From an uncultured Pseudomonadota bacterium (GTDB lineage Bacteria > Pseudomonadota > Alphaproteobacteria > Rs-D84 > CACZYB01): DNA of 64,000 nucleotides. The translations under genes were made by a program, and so were the position numbers. The notes beneath the pieces are model-generated. The model had not been told where the DNA came from, made no database searches, and saw nothing but the letters and a program-made list of their open reading frames with translations. The stretch covers positions 329,879 to 393,878 of the forward strand of contig CAUTSC010000001.1 in NCBI GenBank assembly GCA_963541275.1. The letters are read 5' to 3'. Each line of letters begins with the position of its first letter. The stretch's first letter is position 1. Shown piece after piece: positions 26,793 to 36,981 of this stretch.

Positions 26793-27986
26793 TTAAAATA
26801 TTTTTGAGTTGCTGTTTATAAGATTTATGCTTTTGGTTTTATTTTTGAAATTTTTTAATCCATTTTCAATTATTAAACTTATAAGTTCAGTATAGTTTAA
26901 TTTATATTTTGATTTTTCCCACAAATAAAATGCAAAAGATCCAGGTATAGGATTAACTTCGTTTAACCATAATTCACCAGTTTTTGCATTAGATAAAAAA
27001 TCAATTCTTGGATTCCCAGTTGCATTCATATAATCAAACAATTTTACAACTGAATCTTTTATAAATGTTTCCTGCTCTTTTGTTAAGCTAGGATTAAATT
27101 CTCGTCTTGATTCCAGTGTTTTTGTATCTGGCAAGGCAAGTTTCATGGTTGTTTTTTTTGCTCCTTTTTTTGACAGATATTTATCACTGAAAGTTAAAAA
27201 ATCATTTTTATTTGTTGGTGTTTCAATTGCTGATGTTATTATTTTATCATCTTTATTTAATATAACTGCAATATTATATTCTTTTAAATTTTCAACAAAT
27301 GGTTCAATAATTATTTCGGTATCTATTTTAAAAATAGACAGAATTGCAGAGTTTAATTCATCTTTATTTGTTGCTTTATAAACACCAACTGAACTGCCAA
27401 GGTTTACAGGTTTTAAACATACAGGATAGGTTATTTTTAAATTTTTTGTGATTTCATTTATATCAATAAAAGTTTCATTTTTCGGTTTTTTGATAATTGT
27501 TTCATCAAGAACTTTTATATTTAATTTACGACAAATATCTTTTGTTTTTATTTTATCCATATAAATTGCAGATGATAAAACATTCGCTCCAGTATAAGGA
27601 ATGTTTGCCATTTCCATTAAACCTTGGATTGCGCCTGTTTCACCAAAATCACCATGTAAAGCAAAAAGAGCTATATCAAATTCAATTGTTTTTTTACAAA
27701 ATAGTTTAGAATTGTTTATATATAATGTTGGTTTAGAATTTTTTTTACCAGTATTTATACTTATATTATATAAATTTTTGTATGTATCATCTGTTATAGG
27801 ATAATTTTTTAAATTAAGTAATTGTTTGCCACTCCACCAGTTGCCATTTGTATCAATATATACTGGAACAGCCTCGTATTTTGTGATATCCAAAACTTGA
27901 ATTGCCTGTAGTCCCGTTAAAATACTTACATCATGCTCATAGGATTTTCCGCCAAAAAATATTGCAACTTTTGTTCTGTTTGTCAT
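26793..27986 (-). CDS. ddl: D-alanine--D-alanine ligase
   Basis: VAIFFGGKSYEHDVSILTG and a C-terminal ATP-grasp domain; long form, 397 aa. Confidence 0.9.
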   Translation of the reverse strand: MTNRTKVAIFFGGKSYEHDVSILTGLQAIQVLDITKYEAVPVYIDTNGNWWSGKQLLNLKNYPITDDTYKNLYNISINTGKKNSKPTLYINNSKLFCKKTIEFDIALFALHGDFGETGAIQGLMEMANIPYTGANVLSSAIYMDKIKTKDICRKLNIKVLDETIIKKPKNETFIDINEITKNLKITYPVCLKPVNLGSSVGVYKATNKDELNSAILSIFKIDTEIIIEPFVENLKEYNIAVILNKDDKIITSAIETPTNKNDFLTFSDKYLSKKGAKKTTMKLALPDTKTLESRREFNPSLTKEQETFIKDSVVKLFDYMNATGNPRIDFLSNAKTGELWLNEVNPIPGSFAFYLWEKSKYKLNYTELISLIIENGLKNFKNKTKSINLINSNSKIF

Positions 27987-27995
27987 AAATACTCC

Positions 27996-30629
27996 TTATA
28001 ATTTTGATAAAATATTTTTTATATTTTCAATAGAATCTGGAATTTTTGTTGTATCTGTTCCACCAGCTTGTGCAAGATTTGGTTTTCCACCACCGCCATT
28101 TCCATTTAGTATATTTGAAGTTTGTTTTACCAGCTCTATTGCAGAAATTTTATTTATTAAATTATCACTTATACTTATAACAACAGAAACTTTGTTATCA
28201 TTTATTGTGAAAAGAGAGATAATAGTATCTTTATTATTTTCAATTTTTATTTTATCAATAACATTTTTTATGGTTGCTGTATCAATGTTATTATAAACAC
28301 TATGAATGAAATTTATATCAGAGATAGTATCAGATTCAATTTTAAGTAAGCAATTATTTATTATTTGATTTTTATTTTTGCTTGCTTGTTCTTTTTGAAT
28401 TTGCAATCTTTCTTTTTCTTTCTCTTGTTTTTTTAAATTTTCTGTGTCAATTGTAGTTTGCAATTCAACAATTAAATCTTTTGCAGGTTTGTTTGTATTT
28501 GATATATATTTTTTTGCAAAATTTAAGGCAGCATTTCCGGCTATTCCTTCAATTCTTCTTATTCCTGCAGCAATAGATTCTTCTTTTATTATTTTGAAAA
28601 ATTTAATTGCAGATGTATTTTGAGAGTGAGTTCCACCACAAAGTTCAATTGAAATATCTCCCATTTTTACAACTCTTACTATACCTTTGTATTTTTCACC
28701 AAACAAAGCAATTGCATTTGTTTTTTTTGCCTCTGCTAATGTCATTTCAGATGATGTAATTTCTATATTTTCATCAATATAGGTGTTTATCATTATTTCA
28801 ATTTGTTTTATTTCATCAGGTGTCATTGCTCTTTGACTTGTAAAATCAAAACGGAAATTATTTGGTCCAACCCAAGAGCCTTTTTGACTTGTGCTTTCTC
28901 CTAGTATTTGTTTTAAAGCAGAATGTAATAAATGGACTGCAGAATGGTTTGACATAGTGTTTAATCTGTTATCTCTGTCAACCGACATTTTTATAGTGTC
29001 TCCCACCTTTAAATTATAGTTGGAATCTGTTTTTATTTTATGTAAGAAAACATTATCTAAAACTTTTTGAACATCAATAACTTGATATATATTGTTATTG
29101 CTGTCAATGATAGTTCCAATATCTGCAATTTGTCCACCACTTTCACCATAAAATGGGGTAGTGTCAGTTGTTATAAAAAACTCATGCTCATTTGAAATTT
29201 CATTTAATTTTTTATCATTAAAAATAATTGACGTTATTTGTGATGTAGTTTCTAAATTATCATATCCAACGAATTTCGTTTCACCAACTTCATTTTTTAT
29301 TTTGTAATATATTTCTTTGTTGCCTGCTTCACCTTTGAATTTGGATGATTTTTGTGAAAGCTCTTTCTGTTTTTGCATCTCGTCATTAAATTCATTTATA
29401 TTAACAGAAATATTTTTACCCCTTAAAATATCAGTTGTTAAATCAAGTGGAAAACCATAAGTGTCATAAAGTTTAAATGCTGTTTTACCACTGAAAATTT
29501 TGCCAGATGTATTTGTAAGTTCTTGTTCTAAAATTTTAATTCCTTGATCAAGTGTTGTGATAAAATTTTCTTCTTCTGTTTTAATTGTTTCTTTTATAAA
29601 TACATCTTGTTTATACAATTCATCATAGGTATCACCCATTTCATTTTTTACAGCTTCTGTTATTTTATAAAATACAGGTTCTTTTATCCCAAGCATATTT
29701 ATATATCTTAATGCTCTCCTTATAATCCTGCGAAGTACATAACCTCTGCCTTCATTTGATGGTATAACTCCATCTGCTATTAAAAAAGAGCAAGCCCTTA
29801 TGTGATCTGTGATTATTTTAAAAGACGCAATATTATCATTGGTTCTTTTTATGTGCAAAACATCTTCGGTATAGTTTATAAGGTTTTGAAATAAATCTAT
29901 ATCAAAATTATCAGTTTTGTTTTGTAATACAGATGCAATTCGTTCAAGCCCCATTCCTGTATCAATATTTTTATTTTTTAACTCTACTTTTTCTCCAGTT
30001 GGTAAAGTTTCATATTGCATAAAAACATTGTTCCAGATTTCAATATATCTGTCGCCATCTTCATCTGGAGTCCCAGGCAGTCCGCCAGAGATATTTTCAC
30101 CTTTATCATAAAAAATTTCTGTATCAAAACCGCAAGGTCCAATATCTCCCATGCTCCAAATATTATCTTTTATATCAAGGATTCTGTTATCATCAACCAT
30201 TGCAATTTTTTTCCATAAATTCCTTGCTTCTGTATCTTCTGGATATATGGTAAAATAAAGCTTATCTTTTGGTAGTTTTAAAATTGTTGATAAAAATTCC
30301 CATGCATAACTGATTGCTTGTTCTTTGAAATAGTCGCCAAAGGAAAAATTGCCAAGCATTTCAAAAAATGTATGATGTCTTGTTGTATAACCAACATTAT
30401 CAAGATCGTTATGTTTACCTCCGGCTCTAACACATTTTTGAGATGTTGTTGCACGGGTATAAGGTCTTGTTTCTTTACCTGTAAAAACATCTTTGAATTG
30501 ATTCATTCCTGCATTGGTAAAAAGAAGTGTTGGGTCATTTTCTGGGACAAGAGAACTTGATTTTACAAGAGTGTGATTTTTTGAAACAAAAAAATCTGTA
30601 TAAATTTTTCTTATATCTTTTAGATTCAT
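27996..30629 (-). CDS. alaS: alanine--tRNA ligase
   Basis: An 877-aa protein with class II motifs, the editing-domain HxxxH...CGGTH, and a C-terminal DHHA1-like region. Confidence 0.95.
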   Translation of the reverse strand: MNLKDIRKIYTDFFVSKNHTLVKSSSLVPENDPTLLFTNAGMNQFKDVFTGKETRPYTRATTSQKCVRAGGKHNDLDNVGYTTRHHTFFEMLGNFSFGDYFKEQAISYAWEFLSTILKLPKDKLYFTIYPEDTEARNLWKKIAMVDDNRILDIKDNIWSMGDIGPCGFDTEIFYDKGENISGGLPGTPDEDGDRYIEIWNNVFMQYETLPTGEKVELKNKNIDTGMGLERIASVLQNKTDNFDIDLFQNLINYTEDVLHIKRTNDNIASFKIITDHIRACSFLIADGVIPSNEGRGYVLRRIIRRALRYINMLGIKEPVFYKITEAVKNEMGDTYDELYKQDVFIKETIKTEEENFITTLDQGIKILEQELTNTSGKIFSGKTAFKLYDTYGFPLDLTTDILRGKNISVNINEFNDEMQKQKELSQKSSKFKGEAGNKEIYYKIKNEVGETKFVGYDNLETTSQITSIIFNDKKLNEISNEHEFFITTDTTPFYGESGGQIADIGTIIDSNNNIYQVIDVQKVLDNVFLHKIKTDSNYNLKVGDTIKMSVDRDNRLNTMSNHSAVHLLHSALKQILGESTSQKGSWVGPNNFRFDFTSQRAMTPDEIKQIEIMINTYIDENIEITSSEMTLAEAKKTNAIALFGEKYKGIVRVVKMGDISIELCGGTHSQNTSAIKFFKIIKEESIAAGIRRIEGIAGNAALNFAKKYISNTNKPAKDLIVELQTTIDTENLKKQEKEKERLQIQKEQASKNKNQIINNCLLKIESDTISDINFIHSVYNNIDTATIKNVIDKIKIENNKDTIISLFTINDNKVSVVISISDNLINKISAIELVKQTSNILNGNGGGGKPNLAQAGGTDTTKIPDSIENIKNILSKL

Positions 30630-30746
30630 TTTTTTATCCTTAGTCTTGAAAATTATAATAACATATATTTAAAAAGCTATTAAATTTTTATATAGTTGAA
30701 AATTATATAGGTTTTATGTATTATGTTTTATGAGGTAGAGAAAATT

Positions 30747-32024
30747 ATGAAATTCTATAGAAGTTTTTTAAGATTTTTTATTCTTTTTTTTGTTATGCTT
30801 TTTGCTTTTGAAAATTATTCTTTTTCACAATCAAAAGGTAAGTCAAATTCTAGAAACAGGAAGAGAAAAAAGAATGTAGAATCAATTGAACAAATAAAAG
30901 AAGATTGTGCGACAAAATATATTCTTGGACTTGATAGGGAATGTTATAATCCAGATAAAGTTCATAAAGGTGGTGTATATACAGATTGCAGTGAGAAAAC
31001 AACAGCTGATTATTATGATATAATGGATATGCAATTGTCTGCACTTGTTGGAATTTCACAATTTCAAATGTATAAAATAAAATGTAGTCCTTATAAAAGT
31101 TTTGCATTAAATCGTTGGATTACAAGTAAAGGTATTGTTGAAAAATCTGTTGTAAAGGGATCACCTGAATGTCTGCTTGCGACTAAGAAATTGGATGCTG
31201 CAAAGCAATGTTATTCGGTTGCTTTGGCTCATGATGGAAGCTTTGTAGATTTTAAAAGTGTCATGATGCAAACATGTGGCAAGATGCCAGATGTGGCTGA
31301 CAGGTTTGCAAAAGCAGGGGATATCGGTTATGCAAATTTACCAAAATTGATTGAAAATTATGCAAGTTTGCAATTTACAAGGAAAAGTGAAGATTGGAGG
31401 AAGGCAGTTGAAGCTGTGTTTACTGGATATCTTTATGATGCAAGACAAAAATGTGGTGAAGAAACCTATAAAGTTATAACTGGCAACAAATATTCTCTTG
31501 ATAAAAGGGAAAATTTACTTTCAACACTTAATAAATCTTTTGTAGATTCTGTTGTTGGAAACACGAGGAGGAATGGACGAATTGTTACTATGTCGCCTTC
31601 TTCTTATGAAATGATTCCAAGTGCAGGTATTACAGGTGGAATATATAGTGATGAAATGGGACGAAATATTAAAAACAGATATATTGGTATAAATACTTAT
31701 TTAATATCACCTGTAAATAGTATTGCTGTTGCAGTTGCAAAGTTGGCTGGACTTTTAGTTGGGATGGCAGTAAATCTTGATTATGATACAACCGAAAAGG
31801 CAATACTTGCAGGTATAGGTGCGTCGATTAATGATATAAATTCTGTTAATAGTTCTTTGAATAATTTGCGAGTTGGAGATTATTTTATTATAAAGCAGAC
31901 TGATTATACTTGTCAAGTTTATGTATTGGAAAATAATGATAAATTGATTCCTGTATCACAAAATGAGATTATGAATAATGCAAGGTTATCAAAGTTAATT
32001 TTTGATTGTCAAAAGGTTCTATAA
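30747..32024 (+). CDS. secreted hypothetical protein, paralog family member 1
   Basis: It has a signal peptide. It shares blocks with the 34799..36979 ORF: AKQCYSVALAHDGSF/AKKCYAAMISSDGSF, RFAKAGDIGYANL/RFFNAGDYGLSDL, and CGEETYKVITGNKY/CGEEDYQITKVNDY. Its stop overlaps the prfB start (TAATG). Confidence 0.6.
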   Translation: MKFYRSFLRFFILFFVMLFAFENYSFSQSKGKSNSRNRKRKKNVESIEQIKEDCATKYILGLDRECYNPDKVHKGGVYTDCSEKTTADYYDIMDMQLSALVGISQFQMYKIKCSPYKSFALNRWITSKGIVEKSVVKGSPECLLATKKLDAAKQCYSVALAHDGSFVDFKSVMMQTCGKMPDVADRFAKAGDIGYANLPKLIENYASLQFTRKSEDWRKAVEAVFTGYLYDARQKCGEETYKVITGNKYSLDKRENLLSTLNKSFVDSVVGNTRRNGRIVTMSPSSYEMIPSAGITGGIYSDEMGRNIKNRYIGINTYLISPVNSIAVAVAKLAGLLVGMAVNLDYDTTEKAILAGIGASINDINSVNSSLNNLRVGDYFIIKQTDYTCQVYVLENNDKLIPVSQNEIMNNARLSKLIFDCQKVL

Positions 32025-33095
32025 TGGTTGTTGATGATATAAAAAAGATATTGGATGATTTATGGAGGTATCTTTGATATTTCATCTTTACAAGAAAAAA
32101 TTGTAAAGTTGGAACAACAAATAAATCAATCTGATTTTTGGGATAATTCTGATGCCGCAGTTAAGATTTTAGCGGAAAAAAAAGATATAGAAAATAAAAT
32201 TTCTTTTTATAATAAGGTGTCAAAAGAATTTGATAATTTAAATGAGTTGTTAGAGTTATCCAAAACAGAATCAGATGATGAAATGCTTTTGGAAGTTGAA
32301 AATCAACTAGTTGAATTTTATAAAAATTTAAAAATTGACTCCCTTTCATATTTTATGAATGACAAAGAAGATAAATGTTGTGCCTTTTTGGAGATTCATA
32401 GTGGTGCGGGTGGAACGGAAGCATGTGATTGGGCAGATATGTTAAAAAGAATGTATCTTATGTGGGCTGAAAAACATAAGCATAAAATTGAAATACTTGA
32501 GGAACATGCAGGTGATGTTGTAGGTATAAAATCAACTTTGATACAAATAAGTGGAGACAGAGTTTATGGATGGCTTAAAAATGAAAGTGGGATACACAGA
32601 CTTGTTCGTATCTCTCCATTTGACAGCAATGCCAGACGTCATACTAGTTTTGCATCTGTTTGGGTTTATCCAGTTATAAATAATGATATAGTTATAAATA
32701 TAGATACAAAAGATTTAAAAATTGATACTTACAGAGCAAGTGGTGCCGGTGGACAACATGTTAATAAAACAGACAGTGCCGTAAGGATTACTCATATTCC
32801 AACAGGTATTGTTGTACAATGTCAAAATGAAAGATCTCAATTTAAAAATAAAGATATTGCAATGTCTCTTTTAAAATCAAAACTTTATAATTTAGAACTT
32901 GAAAAACAACAAAAAGAAAAGAAAAAAATAAATGATGAAAAAAAAGATATTTCATGGGGAGAACAGATAAGATCCTATGTTTTACAACCATATCAACTGG
33001 TTAAAGATTTAAGAAATGGTGTTGAAAATACAAATGTTGATGCAGTATTAAATGGTGATATTGATTGTTTTTTAACTGAAATGCTTGTGAATTAA
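32024..33095 (+). CDS. prfB: peptide chain release factor 2 (programmed +1 frameshift at 32072-32078)
   Basis: Frame 0: ATG at 32024 to ...GAT TTA TGG AGG TAT CTT TGA, with an internal SD GGAGG and the slippery CTT-TGA-T. The +1 frame then continues DISSLQEKIVKLEQ... and carries SPF and GGQ (ASGAGGQHVNKT). Confidence 0.9.
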
Positions 33096-33166
33096 ATGTT
33101 ATAACTTCTTGACAAGAATTGTTTATTTTAATATACTTTATAAGTTTTTATTGGAGGTTTTTAATA

Positions 33167-34093
33167 ATGAAAAAAAATATAATATCTTTGGTTTTAAGTT
33201 CTTTTTTATTTGTTGCAGGTTATGATGTAAAGGCAGCAGTTGAAAATAATGTTGCAGACAATGTAAAACCAGCAACTGAAGTTGTTGATGTAAAGGATGC
33301 ACCAGTTGAAACAATAGAAAATTATCCAACAGAAAAATGGTATGAGGGGGTGTCATTTGGTGGTGGAGTTGGTTTACTTGGTGGTGTTAATTTACAACTA
33401 GGATACAGATTCCCTGGGGATCAAAGTTTTCTTAAAAACAGATTAGGTTTTAGGGTTGAATATAATACCTTGTCTCCGGTTTGGAATTATTTTAAAAATC
33501 ATTTAGATGGAAAATTAAAGTTTGGTGATAATACATTGGAGCCAAAAGTTTCAGCTAGAAATTTAGGGTTAAATCTTGATTTTTATCCTTTTGGTAAATT
33601 GTGGTTTCTTGGAAATATGAGGTTGTCAACAGGGTATTATTTTGGTAAATTTGAATTGGGTGGAATTTATAGAAAAAAGATAGATGTTGGTGATCAAATA
33701 GATATGGCTGGTGCAAAATGGGAAGCTGTTGTAGGTGAAGAACCATCTATTATTTTTGATGTTGCGTTAAAAGACAAAGTTATAGGACCTTATTTAGGAG
33801 CAGGTTGGGATTTTTCATTTCCTTTTGGCTTCAAGTTGTTTGTTGATGGTGGTCTTGTATTTACATCTGAACCAGAAATTGTTGCAGATATAAGGGGTAC
33901 AGGTAAAGTTAAAATAACTTTAGAGGATGGAACAGTACTTCCTACTATAGATTTAGCAAATAGTGCAGAATTGCAAGAACTTAGAGATAGAATAAAAGAG
34001 CTTCAAAGCCAGTTTGATGATAAGATTAAAGATTATAAAAAATATATGAAATATTTCCCTATGTTAAAAGTTGGTCTTATTTACAGATTTTAG
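33167..34093 (+). CDS. outer-membrane beta-barrel protein (Omp25/OmpA-TM-like; hypothetical)
   Basis: It has a signal peptide, MKKNIISLVLSSFLFVAGYDVKA, and Gly/aromatic-rich amphipathic strands. The C-terminal ...KVGLIYRF ends in Phe. There is an internal coiled-coil segment. Confidence 0.55.
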   Translation: MKKNIISLVLSSFLFVAGYDVKAAVENNVADNVKPATEVVDVKDAPVETIENYPTEKWYEGVSFGGGVGLLGGVNLQLGYRFPGDQSFLKNRLGFRVEYNTLSPVWNYFKNHLDGKLKFGDNTLEPKVSARNLGLNLDFYPFGKLWFLGNMRLSTGYYFGKFELGGIYRKKIDVGDQIDMAGAKWEAVVGEEPSIIFDVALKDKVIGPYLGAGWDFSFPFGFKLFVDGGLVFTSEPEIVADIRGTGKVKITLEDGTVLPTIDLANSAELQELRDRIKELQSQFDDKIKDYKKYMKYFPMLKVGLIYRF

Positions 34094-34116
34094 TTCTTTA
34101 TAATTTTTTATTCTAA

Positions 34117-34149
34117 AAAGATACATAAGTTTTTATGTATCTTTTTTTC
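34117..34149 (+). terminator. rho-independent terminator
   Basis: AAAGATACATAagtttTTATGTATCTTT followed by TTTTT. Confidence 0.55.
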
Positions 34150-34251
34150 TTGTATAAATTTTATTTATATTTGAGATATATTATGCTTTGATAAGCATTT
34201 AAAATAGAAATTATTGTATGAATAATAAAGTTGTATTAAATATTTTTATCT

Positions 34252-34698
34252 TTAATTTTGGTTATTTAGGCTGCCTTGTTTAAATTTGCCTATATGACCG
34301 AAAAGTTCCTGAAAAAAGCTTAATTTTATTTCTGCTGGGAAATTGGTTGAGGCGTCAACTTTACTTTTTAAATCTTTATTTTTTAAATCTTTAAGGGTTA
34401 TATTTTGAACTTTATTTTTATTAAAACTTATAACAATTATATCATATTTTGTGAATTTTGGTTCTAAAAAAGCAAGTATTTTTCCCTCCATCATATGATA
34501 GATCCATTTTTCTTGTCCTATGATAGTTTTTGCGGATGGTTGTCCCAATATATCCACAACATTTTGTTTTGTTGCTGCGTGTTGTACTTGGTTATATTCT
34601 AGCTCTCTTACCGGGATGCCAGATTTGTATTCTTTATAAATACACCCACTTAACAAAAAAAGAATTATACTTATCTTAATTATTTTTTTCATTTTCAA
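34252..34698 (-). CDS. BamE/SmpA-OmlA-like lipoprotein
   Basis: It has a lipobox LLSGC. The middle ...QNVVDILGQPSAKTIIGQEKWIYHM... matches the BamE fold pattern. Confidence 0.45.
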   Translation of the reverse strand: MKMKKIIKISIILFLLSGCIYKEYKSGIPVRELEYNQVQHAATKQNVVDILGQPSAKTIIGQEKWIYHMMEGKILAFLEPKFTKYDIIVISFNKNKVQNITLKDLKNKDLKSKVDASTNFPAEIKLSFFQELFGHIGKFKQGSLNNQN

Positions 34699-34798
34699 TC
34701 CTGCATTTTATTATACAGATAATATTTTGGATGTCTATTTTTTTATTGAGAAAAGATTTTTTCTTACATATTATTCTATATAAAGGAGAGATTTAAAG

Positions 34799-36979
34799 AT
34801 GTTTGATAGATTTTGTAAAATAATTTTTGTTTTAAGTTTGATTTTTACAAATTCCGTATTTGCCAAAAAAACAAAAAGGCAGATAAGAAAAGAAAAATTT
34901 ATTTATCCTATGCCTGTTGATGCAGAATGTTATAGCGAAATAGATTATTGTTTTAACAGATATTGTTTTGATAAAAAAACTTTGACTGATGGTGTTTATT
35001 CAAAATGTTCTGCTGTGTCTCCTGCAAATATTTTAATAAATGTAGAGGAATGTTTGAAAACCAGATCTGTTGTTAAAGAGTTGGATTTAACAAAAGGTTG
35101 TAAAAAAGTTTCTTATAATAGAGTTTTAACTTTGCTTGAAAATAAGGATAAGATGGAAAAAGGTTTGAAAAAAAATTCTGCCAGTTGTCAATATGCAACA
35201 AATATGTTGCAATCCGCAAAAAAATGTTATGCTGCAATGATAAGTTCAGATGGATCTTTTTCACGAGATTTGTATGATAAATTGAATAATTTATGTGGTG
35301 AGCACATAAGTGGTGAACCAGATATGGTAAAGCGCTTTTTTAATGCTGGTGATTATGGTTTATCGGATCTTGATATGGTAGATGCTTTACGAGCATCAGG
35401 TCAAAATACGGTGAAAAGAGAAAATTGGCGTCAGGTTGTTGATGCAACTTTGGCAGGATATACAGAAATTGCAGAGTTGTCATGTGGAGAAGAAGATTAT
35501 CAAATAACAAAAGTGAATGATTATTTACTAGATAGCAGGAATAATTTGACAATGATAAAAATGAAAGAAGAAGCAAAACAAATAGGTAAAAAATTGGGGG
35601 ATAAGTTTGTGGACAGGATGTATCCGGGACAAACATGTAAATCACAACCTTTGCCAGAAAACGCTTTGATGTGGTATTATAGTCCAAATTCAAATCCAAG
35701 TTGTAGAATAGTTTGTAAAGAGGGTTATGTTGTTTCAAAATCTTTTACAAAATGTGTTGAACCAGTGGATAGTGAACCAGTATTTAATGGAATAAATTTA
35801 GGTTATGGTAAGTCAAAAATTAGTGGTAGTGTTGTAGCATTTCCAGGTGGGGGAGGTGGTGCTAGTGGAAGCGAAAATGTTGATGTAAGTAAAAATGGTG
35901 ATAAAAATACTGGGGCACCAGAAAAGTCAGATATCTCTGTAAGATGTAGGAATAACAAGAATCCTGTACGTTTAAAATATTCTGATACTAAAAAAGATAT
36001 TTGTGCTTTATTTTTCCCAAATAGTGTTGCAAATGGTAAGGAATATGAAAGATGTAGTGATGCACCAGAAAGATTTTATATAGATGGGAAATGGTATGAT
36101 ATGACTATAGCTAAGTTAAATAAAACTTTTGATCAAAATTTTGAAATTATGGGGGATAAATATGCTTCCAATATGTCAAAATATTTAAAGGATAATTGTG
36201 AAAAAATTTTGAAAGAGGACGATCCACAAGAAGGAGGAGAAACTGAAGCTTCAGGAAAAGATGGATGTATAACCGTTAAAAAATTTAAAGCATTGTTTGA
36301 TATGTTGGATAAAAGTTATAAAAATGAATTTATAGATGCAGAGTATAAGTTTAAAACAATGTTTAATTTGAATAATGTAAATGATTTGCAAAAAGGTATT
36401 GGTTCATTTAATATTTATAATCCAAAATATATTGATCAAATATATTTTATGCAGAATTTAGTAAAGAAGTATATACAAAGTTTTACAGAATTAAAAAATA
36501 AAAATATTTGTGATAAAACGTCTAAAAAAGTTGCTCAAATTTATAAACAATTGGATGAATTTTTATCTTATTTAAATAATCAAAATTATAAAATTAATTA
36601 TAGCAGATGTAATGTAGTATCTTTGAGATTTTTAAAACAAAATTTAGAAAATTTATTGGATAATAAATTAAATATATTAAAAGGTTGGAAGTCGGAATTA
36701 AAAGGAGATGGTGGTTTATTATATTATGAAAAATCAGATAAACTTTTTGATAATGATGAGAGATATTGTGCTGTTGGTAAATGTATTGAAGTTATAAATA
36801 TGAATCTTAATAGTGTTTGTTTTGAACGTTGTAATGGAAAAGTTTGGTTTGGAAATGATATGTTATCAAAATATTTTTCACAAGAGGATAGTAATGGAAG
36901 GAGATATTTACAAAAAGAAAAAGTTCAAAAAGATATTGATTTTTTACAATGTGTGTTGAATAGAGCAGGTGTTAATTGA
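34799..36979 (+). CDS. secreted hypothetical protein, paralog family member 2 (726 aa, Cys-rich)
   Basis: It has a signal peptide. The N-terminal 250 aa are paralogous to the 30747 ORF. It carries a long extra C-terminal region with a poly-Gly linker (PGGGGGASGSEN). Confidence 0.6.
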   Translation: MFDRFCKIIFVLSLIFTNSVFAKKTKRQIRKEKFIYPMPVDAECYSEIDYCFNRYCFDKKTLTDGVYSKCSAVSPANILINVEECLKTRSVVKELDLTKGCKKVSYNRVLTLLENKDKMEKGLKKNSASCQYATNMLQSAKKCYAAMISSDGSFSRDLYDKLNNLCGEHISGEPDMVKRFFNAGDYGLSDLDMVDALRASGQNTVKRENWRQVVDATLAGYTEIAELSCGEEDYQITKVNDYLLDSRNNLTMIKMKEEAKQIGKKLGDKFVDRMYPGQTCKSQPLPENALMWYYSPNSNPSCRIVCKEGYVVSKSFTKCVEPVDSEPVFNGINLGYGKSKISGSVVAFPGGGGGASGSENVDVSKNGDKNTGAPEKSDISVRCRNNKNPVRLKYSDTKKDICALFFPNSVANGKEYERCSDAPERFYIDGKWYDMTIAKLNKTFDQNFEIMGDKYASNMSKYLKDNCEKILKEDDPQEGGETEASGKDGCITVKKFKALFDMLDKSYKNEFIDAEYKFKTMFNLNNVNDLQKGIGSFNIYNPKYIDQIYFMQNLVKKYIQSFTELKNKNICDKTSKKVAQIYKQLDEFLSYLNNQNYKINYSRCNVVSLRFLKQNLENLLDNKLNILKGWKSELKGDGGLLYYEKSDKLFDNDERYCAVGKCIEVINMNLNSVCFERCNGKVWFGNDMLSKYFSQEDSNGRRYLQKEKVQKDIDFLQCVLNRAGVN

Positions 36980-36981
36980 TT

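Noticed and set aside
32055-33095. Taking 32055 (MIYGG...) as the true prfB start
   Set aside because: It would remove the conserved N-terminal 25 aa of RF2. The upstream frame with the CTT TGA slippery site explains the gene correctly.
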